DNA from: a virus
Taxonomy: Duplodnaviria; Heunggongvirae; Uroviricota; Caudoviricetes
Length of the DNA: 4,923 nucleotides
Reading direction: 5' to 3' (one strand)
IMG/VR virus record: IMGVR_UViG_2541047861_000004
Below are positions 1 to 4,923 of the stretch, in pieces. The number at the start of each line of letters is the position of its first letter. The first letter of the stretch is position 1. Below the pieces are notes generated by a model that was given only the letters and a program-made list of their open reading frames with translations, had not been told where the DNA came from and did not search any database. The translations under genes were made by a program, and so were the position numbers.

Positions 1-2
1 GC

Positions 3-197
3 ATCAATGGTCTTTACAAAGCGGAGGTAATACACCGTAAGAGCTGGAAAAACCGTGCAGAAGTGGAACTGGCCACACTCACGTGGGTGGACTGGTATAA
101 CAATCGACGATTGCTGGAAAGGCTGGGCCATACTCCTCCGGCAGAAGCAGAAAAAGCTTATTATGCTTCCATCGGAAACGATGATCTGGCAGCCTGA
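3..197 (+). CDS. IS3-family transposase OrfB, C-terminal fragment (5' end outside window)
   Basis: Translation INGLYKAEVIHRKSWKNRAEVELATLTWVDWYNNRRLLERLGHTPPAEAEKAYYASIGNDDLAA, stop TGA at 195-197. The WxxWYNNRRxxxxLG motif is typical of the C-terminal end of the integrase-like catalytic domain of IS3-family transposases. Confidence 0.85.
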   Translation: MNGLYKAEVIHRKSWKNRAEVELATLTWVDWYNNRRLLERLGHTPPAEAEKAYYASIGNDDLAA

Positions 198-214
198 GTT
201 CACAGATAAAACAC

Positions 215-239
215 TCTCCAGGAAACCCGGGGCGGTTCA
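215..239 (+). repeat. Terminal inverted repeat (IRR) of the IS element
   Basis: tctccaggaaacccggggcggttca; reverse complement TGAACCGCCCCGGGTTTCCTGGAGA, starting TG as IS3-family ends do. The partner repeat lies outside the window, so this cannot be confirmed here. Confidence 0.6.
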
Positions 240-290
240 GACCTCTCCGCGCCGCCATGATTGTCTTTCTCCTGATGCAGGAGGCCAATA

Positions 291-485
291 ATGCTTAGCC
301 CATCTCAATCCCTTCAATACCTGAAAGAAAGCATAGAGCGGGCTTCAATGTGCACAGAGTGGATTCTATCTAGGTTTAGCGCATACAGAAGATTGCCGGT
401 AAAGGGCATGCCAAGCAAGTCGATGCTGCATATGCAAAAGAATGCGCGCTGGAAGGTATGGCGAGAACACAGGTTATGTGGCTGA
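291..485 (+). CDS. Hypothetical 64-aa ORF with strong Shine-Dalgarno; possibly a chimeric or spurious ORF at a mosaic joint
   Basis: ATG at 291 preceded by AGGAGG (280-285) in the spacer window. I do not recognise the product. Its 3' part overlaps the ybcO-like remnant in another frame, so both cannot be genuine. Confidence 0.3.
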   Translation: MLSPSQSLQYLKESIERASMCTEWILSRFSAYRRLPVKGMPSKSMLHMQKNARWKVWREHRLCG

Positions 486-508
486 AAGAGGGGGTTATTA
501 AGGCGTGA
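380..508 (+). pseudogene. ybcO: ybcO-like (DUF1364) 3' remnant with no start codon
   Basis: Frame-2 translation [42 protein letters not shown] ; the last ~27 residues match my recollection of the YbcO C-terminus. In-frame stop at 377-379 and no ATG/GTG start between it and the conserved part. Its stop (506-508) overlaps the rusA GTG start (505-507), as in the DLP12 ybcO-rusA junction. Confidence 0.45.
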
Positions 509-867
509 ATACCTACAGCATCACATTACCCTGGCCTCCGAGCAATAATCGCTATTACCGCCATAATCGCGGGCGCACGCACGTCAGCGCAGAGGGGCAG
601 GCATACCGCGATAACGTCGCCCGAATCATTAAAAACGCAATGCTGGATATCGGCCTGGCTATGCCTGTGAAAATCCGCATTGAGTGCCACATGCCGGATC
701 GCCGTCGCCGTGACCTGGATAATCTGCAAAAAGCCGCTTTTGACGCACTCACTAAAGCAGGTTTCTGGCTGGATGATGCTCAGGTCGTTGATTACCGCGT
801 TGTGAAGATGCCTGTTACCAAAGGTGGGAGGCTGGAACTGACCATCACCGAAATGGGGAATGAATGA
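505..867 (+). CDS. rusA: RusA Holliday junction resolvase (120 aa), GTG start
   Basis: Translation [120 protein letters not shown] matches RusA as I recall it. The residues I recall as catalytic (D70, D72, D91) and K76 are present at those positions. Start is GTG at 505. Confidence 0.93.
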   Translation: MNTYSITLPWPPSNNRYYRHNRGRTHVSAEGQAYRDNVARIIKNAMLDIGLAMPVKIRIECHMPDRRRRDLDNLQKAAFDALTKAGFWLDDAQVVDYRVVKMPVTKGGRLELTITEMGNE

Positions 868-1004
868 TGTTTGAGTTTAATATGGCAGAACTTCTTCGCC
901 ACCGCTGGGGGCGTCTGCGCTTATATCGTTTCCTCGGTTCTGTTTTGACCGATTACCGAATACTGAAGAATTACGCCAAAACCCTGACAGGAACAGGAGT
1001 ATGA
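864..1004 (+). CDS. ylcG: YlcG-like small protein (46 aa), overlapping the rusA stop
   Basis: ATGATG at 864-869 overlaps the rusA stop (865-867). Translation [46 protein letters not shown], matching my recollection of DLP12 YlcG. It is below the length cut-off of the supplied ORF track. Confidence 0.7.
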   Translation: MMFEFNMAELLRHRWGRLRLYRFLGSVLTDYRILKNYAKTLTGTGV

Positions 1005-1089
1005 AGTCAGAGATAACAATCAACTAATACTGTTTTGTTGATTTTTGCTTGTAATTGGCGTTCTGGTCTGATTTTTGTGGAGTAAGTTG

Positions 1090-1473
1090 ATGCGTGATAT
1101 TCAGATGGTTCTTGAGCGTTGGGGTGCGTGGGCGGCTAATAATCATGAAGATGTGACCTGGTCGTCCATTGCCGCCGGTTTTAAGGGATTAATTCCTTCA
1201 AAAGTAAAATCTCGCCCGCAATGTTGTGACGATGACGCGATGATCATTTGCGGGTGCATGGCCCGTCTGAAAAAGAACAACAGCGATTTACACGATTTAT
1301 TAGTAGATTATTATGTATGTGGTATGACATTCATGTCACTGGCAAGTAAGCATTGCTGCTCGGATGGTTATATCGGGAAAAGGTTACAGAAGGCTGAGGG
1401 CATAATTGAAGGGATGTTAATGGCATTAGATATCCGGTTAGATATGGATATCGTTGCTAATAATTCTAATTGA
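1090..1473 (+). CDS. quuD: Q-family late-gene antiterminator (QuuD-like, 127 aa)
   Basis: Translation [130 protein letters not shown] at 1090 preferred over TTG at 1075 because GGAG (1079-1082) sits 7 nt upstream of it. Position between rusA and the lysis genes, plus the Cys-rich pattern, fits a Q antiterminator. Confidence 0.85.
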   Translation: MRDIQMVLERWGAWAANNHEDVTWSSIAAGFKGLIPSKVKSRPQCCDDDAMIICGCMARLKKNNSDLHDLLVDYYVCGMTFMSLASKHCCSDGYIGKRLQKAEGIIEGMLMALDIRLDMDIVANNSN

Positions 1474-1494
1474 TATGCAATTGTTTACTAAAAG

Positions 1495-1524
1495 TTATTA
1501 AAAATGGGGCGTGGAAACGCCCCC
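1495..1524 (-). terminator. Intrinsic terminator for the porin transcript (minus strand)
   Basis: Minus-strand RNA reads GGGGCG-UUUCCA-CGCCCC followed by AUUUUUAAUAACUUUU (6-bp GC stem at 1506-1511/1518-1523, U-tract toward lower coordinates). On the plus strand the same hairpin is followed by CAAAAUAAAGGG, so it is unidirectional. Confidence 0.65.
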
Positions 1525-1661
1525 AAAATAAAGGGTAATATATAACAGAAGGTTTATATAGTAAGAAGCAAGGTAGTGCTTCTAAAGGAAGTGGCTTGAG
1601 GGCTCCACTTATATGTTGCGGAGGCAAAGCCTCCCGCAACATATCTTTTTCGTAAGTCAGA
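1498..1661 (-). ncRNA. ipeX: IpeX-like regulatory 3' UTR of the porin gene
   Basis: About 164 nt of untranslated sequence between the nmpC stop (1662-1664) and the minus-strand terminator. The inhibitor-of-porin-expression RNA IpeX was mapped to the untranslated region between the nmpC/lc stop and its terminator in DLP12 and PA-2. Assignment is by position and established knowledge, not sequence comparison. Confidence 0.5.
1611..1650 (+). terminator. Intrinsic terminator, plus strand, downstream of quuD (tR'-like candidate)
   Basis: atatgttgcggagg-caaag-cctcccgcaacatat forms a ~14-bp stem with one bulged C, followed by cttttt (1645-1650). On the minus strand the hairpin is followed by AAGUGGAG, so it is plus-strand specific. 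Confidence 0.6.
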
Positions 1662-2744
1662 TTAGAACTGATAAACCAGACCTACAGCGACGATGTCGTC
1701 GGTATCAATACCAGCTGTTTTGGTAAACTTACTATCGTCAATTAAGTTGATTTTGTAATCAACAAAAGTGGACATGTTTTTATTAAAGTAGTAAGTAGCA
1801 CCGACATCGACATACTTGACTAAGTCTCGGTCACCATGAACACCAAGGTCTTTACCTTTTGACTGAAGGTAAGCAACAGATGGACGCAGACCGAAGTCAA
1901 ACTGATATTGTGCTACTGCTTCAAAGTTTTGTGCTTTGTTTGCAATATGGTTATTACCAAAAACGGTCATATTCTGAGTTTCAGAATATGTGGTAGCCAG
2001 ATAGATATTGTTCGCATCATATTTCAGGCCTGCAGCCCATACTTCCGCATTTTTGCCGGAGGCATTGAATTTGCTCTTACCATAGGCGACCTGACCGTCA
2101 GTGCGATCTGATTTAGCATAGGTTGCACCCACGCCGAATCCTTCATACTCATAAGTAGTGGAGAAACCGAAACCATCACCATTGGCTTCAGTTACGTCAG
2201 TGCGGTCATTTTTACCCTGATACTGAGCAGCAAAGTTCAGGCCATCGACCAGACCAAAGAAGTCGTTGTTACGATAAGTTGCAACACCAGTAGTGCGACC
2301 AGTCATGAACACATCTGTTTGGGTCCAGGTATCACCACCGAATTCTGGCAGAACGTCAGTCCACGCACCGATGTCGTATGCTACACCGTAGTTACGGCCG
2401 TAATCGATTGAGCCGTAATCACCAAATTTCAGGCCTGCAAATGCAAGACGGGTTTTGTCTTTGGAAGAACCTTGAGATTCAGCACGGTTGCCTTTGAATT
2501 CATATTCCCACTGACCGAAACCAGTCAGTTGATCGTTGATTTGGGTTTCACCTTTGAAGCCAAGACGGGCATAAGTAGTATCACCATCATCTGCATCATT
2601 AGAGGAGAAGTAGTGCTTGGCATTAACTTTCCCGTATAGATCCAGCTTGTTACTGTCTTTATTATAAATTTCAGCTGCCTGAGCAGACATCGCCATCAGT
2701 ACTGATGCAGCTACAGCAGAAATTGCCACTGTTAATTTTTTCAT
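1662..2744 (-). CDS. nmpC: Outer membrane general porin of the NmpC/Lc/OmpC family, apparently intact (360-aa precursor)
   Basis: Translation from the internal Met gives signal peptide [23 protein letters not shown] then mature [17 protein letters not shown]...; motifs [25 protein letters not shown] and C-terminal GLVYQF align with OmpC as I recall it. The ATG at 2804 in the ORF track is rejected because it would place 20 residues ahead of the signal peptide. Confidence 0.92.
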   Translation of the reverse strand: MKKLTVAISAVAASVLMAMSAQAAEIYNKDSNKLDLYGKVNAKHYFSSNDADDGDTTYARLGFKGETQINDQLTGFGQWEYEFKGNRAESQGSSKDKTRLAFAGLKFGDYGSIDYGRNYGVAYDIGAWTDVLPEFGGDTWTQTDVFMTGRTTGVATYRNNDFFGLVDGLNFAAQYQGKNDRTDVTEANGDGFGFSTTYEYEGFGVGATYAKSDRTDGQVAYGKSKFNASGKNAEVWAAGLKYDANNIYLATTYSETQNMTVFGNNHIANKAQNFEAVAQYQFDFGLRPSVAYLQSKGKDLGVHGDRDLVKYVDVGATYYFNKNMSTFVDYKINLIDDSKFTKTAGIDTDDIVAVGLVYQF

Positions 2745-2900
2745 TGTACGCCCTTTTTTTGAACTATTATTAAAAAATGATGTCACTGCGCGATAAATAT
2801 TCATCTAATCAATGTGATTATTTCAAGATGTAAGTTTTAGTTTCTCATTTAATTTGTGAAGTAGATCTCTATTTTTATCTGAACCTTTTCTATCTAATCC
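2745..2900 (-). promoter_or_regulatory. Porin gene promoter/5' control region with OmpR-box-like motif
   Basis: AT-rich. Minus-strand sequence corresponding to plus coordinates about 2808-2827, CTTACATCTTGAAATAATCA, resembles the OmpR site consensus as I recall it (TTTACATTTTGAAACATCTA), roughly 60-85 nt upstream of the ATG. No clean sigma-70 -35/-10 pair could be fixed by eye. Confidence 0.3.
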
Positions 2901-2955
2901 TATTCATGGCTCTTGTCTGAACAAAAATAAATCTATTAGCTAATTTATATTAATG

Positions 2956-2973
2956 GCACTTATTTATAAGTGC
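2956..2973. repeat. Perfect 8-bp inverted repeat with 2-bp spacer
   Basis: gcacttat-tt-ataagtgc, about 210 bp upstream of the porin start within the AT-rich intergenic region; candidate dimeric protein-binding site. Confidence 0.5.
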
Positions 2974-3112
2974 TCTATAATTCTTTAGCTTAATTTAAAC
3001 AAACTAAAAATAACATCGGAAATTATTAACTGGTTATTTGTTGAAGTTTTCTTATGCATTTGTGGTGGTGTTTTGAACACTCGGTGGCATTCTCACAAAT
3101 ATCATTTAGTAG

Positions 3113-3126
3113 TTTACGTACGTAAA
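3113..3126. repeat. Perfect 14-bp palindrome tttacgtacgtaaa
   Basis: Self-complementary over its full length, 45 bp upstream of the 3171 terminator hairpin and about 210 bp upstream of the holin start. Confidence 0.5.
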
Positions 3127-3170
3127 AAATTGGTTATGCTGTTAAGAGTGGTTACTTCGTCACACAGCTT

Positions 3171-3203
3171 AAACCCGCCGTCGAGCGGGTTTTTCCATTT
3201 TTT
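3171..3203 (+). terminator. Strong intrinsic terminator, plus strand, upstream of the lysis cassette
   Basis: aaacccgc-cgtcga-gcgggttt forms an 8-bp stem (3171-3178/3185-3192) followed by ttttccatttttt. On the minus strand the hairpin is followed by AAGCUG, so it is plus-strand specific. Confidence 0.7.
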
Positions 3204-3332
3204 GAGTCTCGATATTAGCTGATAACCCAATACCTGAGTTATTCACTGACTCCGAATCTGTTACGTTTCTGCCTTTATTGCGATACGTAGTATCCCCTTA
3301 ATTTACACCCGCTTTGTCTGCGAGGTGGGGTT

Positions 3333-3548
3333 ATGAAATCCATGGATAAGTTAACAACGGGTGTCGCCTATGGTACCTCAGCAGGTAGTGCCGGGTACTG
3401 GTTTTTACAGTTGCTCGATAAAGTCACGCCCTCACAGTGGGCGGCAATAGGTGTGCTGGGTAGCCTGGTATTTGGCCTGCTGACGTACCTGACAAACCTT
3501 TATTTCAAGATTAAAGAAGATAAGCGCAAGGCTGCGAGAGGTGAATAA
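3333..3548 (+). CDS. essD: Class II holin (phage 21 S-type pinholin, 71 aa) with dual-start motif
   Basis: Translation [71 protein letters not shown] closely matches S21 as I recall it. Met1-Lys-Ser-Met4 dual start, two transmembrane segments, charged C-terminus. RBS gaggtgggg at 3322-3330. Confidence 0.92.
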
Positions 3549-4045
3549 TGCCTCCATCATTACGAAAAGCCGTTGCTGCTGCTATTGGTGGCGGAGCAAT
3601 TGCTATAGCATCAGTGTTAATCACTGGCCCAAGTGGTAACGATGGTCTGGAAGGTGTCAGCTACATACCATACAAAGATATTGTTGGTGTATGGACTGTA
3701 TGTCACGGGCATACAGGAAAAGACATCATGCTCGGTAAAACGTATACCAAAGCAGAATGCAAAGCCCTCCTGAATAAAGACCTTGCCACGGTCGCCAGAC
3801 AAATTAACCCGTACATCAAAGTCGATATACCGGAAACAATGCGCGGCGCTCTTTACTCATTCGTTTACAACGTGGGTGCTGGCAATTTCAGAACATCGAC
3901 GCTTCTTCGCAAAATAAACCAGGGCGATATCAAAGGCGCATGTGATCAGCTACGTCGCTGGACATATGCTGGCGGTAAGCAATGGAAAGGTCTCATGACT
4001 CGTCGTGAGATTGAGCGTGAAATCTGTTTGTGGGGTCAGCAATGA
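3548..4045 (+). CDS. rrrD: SAR endolysin (phage 21 R-type lysozyme, 165 aa)
   Basis: N-terminal signal-anchor-release segment [20 protein letters not shown], then a lysozyme domain with E35, D44 and T50 at the positions I recall for the R21 catalytic triad. Start ATG overlaps the holin stop (taATG at 3546-3550). Confidence 0.93.
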   Translation: MPPSLRKAVAAAIGGGAIAIASVLITGPSGNDGLEGVSYIPYKDIVGVWTVCHGHTGKDIMLGKTYTKAECKALLNKDLATVARQINPYIKVDIPETMRGALYSFVYNVGAGNFRTSTLLRKINQGDIKGACDQLRRWTYAGGKQWKGLMTRREIEREICLWGQQ

Positions 4046-4503
4046 ACAGAGTAACCGCGATTATCTCCGCTCTGGTTATCTGCATCATCGTCTGCCTGTC
4101 ATGGGCTGTTAATCATTACCGTGATAACGCCATTACCTACAAAGCCCAGCGCGACAAAAATGCCAGAGAACTGACGCTGGCGAACGCGGTAATTACTGAC
4201 ATACAGATGCGTCAGCGTGATGTTGCTGCGCTCGATGCAAAATACACGAAGGAGTTAGCTGATGCGAAAGCTGAAAATGATGCTCTGCGTGATGATGTTG
4301 CCGCTGGTCGTCGTCGGTTGCACATCAAAGCAGTCTGTCAGTCAGTGCGTGAAGCCACCACCGCCTCCGGCGTGGATAATGCAGCCTCCCCCCGACTGGC
4401 AGACACCGCTGAACGGGATTATTTCACCCTCAGAGAGAGGCTGATCACTATGCAAAAACAACTGGAAGGAACCCAGAAGTATATTAATGAGCAGTGCAGA
4501 TAG
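4042..4503 (+). CDS. rzpD: Rz i-spanin (153 aa)
   Basis: Translation [153 protein letters not shown] is near-identical to lambda Rz as I recall it. ATG at 4042 overlaps the endolysin stop (ATGA); the GTG at 4030 is rejected. Confidence 0.93.
   Translation: MNRVTAIISALVICIIVCLSWAVNHYRDNAITYKAQRDKNARELTLANAVITDIQMRQRDVAALDAKYTKELADAKAENDALRDDVAAGRRRLHIKAVCQSVREATTASGVDNAASPRLADTAERDYFTLRERLITMQKQLEGTQKYINEQCR
4262..4444 (+). CDS. rzoD: Rz1 o-spanin lipoprotein (60 aa), embedded in the +1 frame of Rz
   Basis: Translation [60 protein letters not shown] has a lipobox (VVGC) and a proline-rich mature part, near-identical to lambda Rz1 as I recall it. AGGAG lies about 8 nt upstream. Confidence 0.88.
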   Translation: MRKLKMMLCVMMLPLVVVGCTSKQSVSQCVKPPPPPAWIMQPPPDWQTPLNGIISPSERG

Positions 4504-4534
4504 AGCTGCCCATATCGATGGGCAACTCATGCAA

Positions 4535-4828
4535 TTATTGTGAGCAATACACACGCGCTTCCAGCGGAGTATAAATGCCTAAAGTAATAAAACCGAGCAA
4601 TCCATTTACGAATGTTTGCTGGGTTTCTGTTTTAACAACATTTTCTGCACCACCACAAATTTTTGCTGCATCGACAGTTTTCTTCTGCCCAATTCCCGAA
4701 ACGAAGAAATGATGGGTGATGGTTTCCTTTGGTGTTACTGCTGTAGGTTTGTTTCCAACAGTAAACGTCTGTTGAGCACATCCTGTAATAAGCATTGCCA
4801 GAGCGGCAGAAAACAACATTTTTTTCAT
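4535..4828 (-). CDS. borD: Bor lipoprotein (serum-resistance-associated, 97 aa)
   Basis: Translation from the internal Met: MKKMLFSAALAMLITGCAQQTFTVGNKPTAVTPKETITHHFFVSGIGQKKTVDAAKICGGAENVVKTETQQTFVNGLLGFITLGIYTPLEARVYCSQ, with lipobox LITGC, matching lambda Bor as I recall it. AGGA lies 8 nt upstream of this ATG; the longer ORF starting at 4876 is rejected. Confidence 0.9.
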   Translation of the reverse strand: MKKMLFSAALAMLITGCAQQTFTVGNKPTAVTPKETITHHFFVSGIGQKKTVDAAKICGGAENVVKTETQQTFVNGLLGFITLGIYTPLEARVYCSQ

Positions 4829-4923
4829 CTTATTATCCTGCATTGTTAAAAACGGCAGAATCCTATGTGACAACAATTAAACGATAGTTAAATGGATTGA
4901 TGAAAATTAAAACTACACAGGTG

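Larger units (their letters stand above)
1..239 (+). mobile_element. Right end of an IS629/IS1203/IS3411-like IS3-family insertion sequence, truncated by the window edge
   Basis: Frame-3 translation ends with the C-terminus of an IS3-family OrfB transposase. The reverse complement of 201-239 reads TGAACCGCCCCGGGTTTCCTGGAGAGTGTTTTATCTGTG, which matches my recollection of the IS629 terminal sequence. The element ends in ...CA at 239, as IS3-family ends do. Family is secure; the exact IS name is from memory. Confidence 0.8.

Noticed and set aside
79-288. 69-aa minus-strand ORF
   Set aside because: Antisense to the IS transposase and crosses the IS terminus; almost certainly a chance ORF.
55-291. 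78-aa plus-strand ORF from the track
   Set aside because: It lies in a different frame across the IS transposase 3' end and inverted repeat. The frame-3 product is a recognisable IS3-family OrfB C-terminus; this ORF has no RBS and no recognisable product.
526-752. Two minus-strand ORFs (526-729, 555-752) inside rusA
   Set aside because: Antisense to a confidently identified gene, Arg/Ser-rich low-complexity products typical of reverse-frame artefacts.
1075-1089. TTG at 1075 as the quuD start
   Set aside because: The GGAG at 1079-1082 would sit inside the coding sequence; ATG at 1090 has correct SD spacing and gives the 127-aa product I recall for QuuD.
1506-1523. Hairpin ggggcg-tggaaa-cgcccc as a plus-strand terminator for quuD
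   Set aside because: On the plus strand it is followed by caaaataaaggg with no U-tract; the U-tract is on the minus strand, so it is assigned to the porin transcript.
1908-2111. 67-aa plus-strand ORF inside the porin gene
   Set aside because: Antisense to a complete, well-supported porin CDS; no RBS.
2745-2804. Extended porin N-terminus starting at the ATG at 2804 ([20 protein letters not shown]...)
   Set aside because: It would put 20 residues ahead of a canonical signal peptide; the MKKL start at 2744 gives a normal signal peptide and cleavage site.
3054-3220. Short plus-strand ORFs in the AT-rich region (ATG at 3054, about 23 codons; ATG at 3136, about 28 codons)
   Set aside because: No Shine-Dalgarno upstream of either, and the second runs through the terminator hairpin; chance ORFs in AT-rich DNA.
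3290-3332. Possible RBS-sequestering stem-loop upstream of the holin that could control the dual start
   Set aside because: I could only find weak, imperfect complementarity (cccgc/gcgag, cccc/gggg); not enough to claim without folding software.
3617-3802. 61-aa minus-strand ORF inside the endolysin gene
   Set aside because: Antisense to a confidently identified CDS.
4342-4554. 70-aa minus-strand ORF overlapping Rz and Rz1
   Set aside because: Antisense artefact; the Gly/Pro-rich product mirrors the proline-rich Rz1 codons.
4616-4849. 77-aa plus-strand ORF opposite bor
   Set aside because: Antisense to bor, no RBS, Cys/Phe-rich nonsense composition.
1-4923. CRISPR arrays, tRNA/rRNA genes, or a novel defence/anti-defence system
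   Set aside because: No spaced direct repeats and no tRNA-like GC-rich cloverleaf segments were seen. All substantial ORFs are accounted for by known lambdoid functions, so there is no basis to claim an undescribed system.

Overview
This window is the nin-to-lysis segment of a lambdoid (DLP12/PA-2/phage-21-like) prophage of an enterobacterium, with an insertion sequence at its left edge; I see no evidence for a previously undescribed system. Left to right: the right end of an IS629-like IS3-family element (1-239), a disrupted ybcO-like remnant, rusA (Holliday junction resolvase), the small ORF ylcG, a Q-type late antiterminator (quuD), an intact NmpC/Lc-type porin gene on the opposite strand with an IpeX-like 3' UTR, a 590-bp AT-rich regulatory region, then the lysis cassette (S21-type pinholin, SAR endolysin, Rz with embedded Rz1) and a convergent bor lipoprotein gene. 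Every substantial ORF is assignable to a known lambdoid function by my own recall of protein sequences, not by database search. The points worth a second look are the IS insertion upstream of rusA, the ambiguous coding at 240-508, the interleaved opposite-strand terminators between Q and the porin gene, and the terminator and palindromes upstream of the holin.
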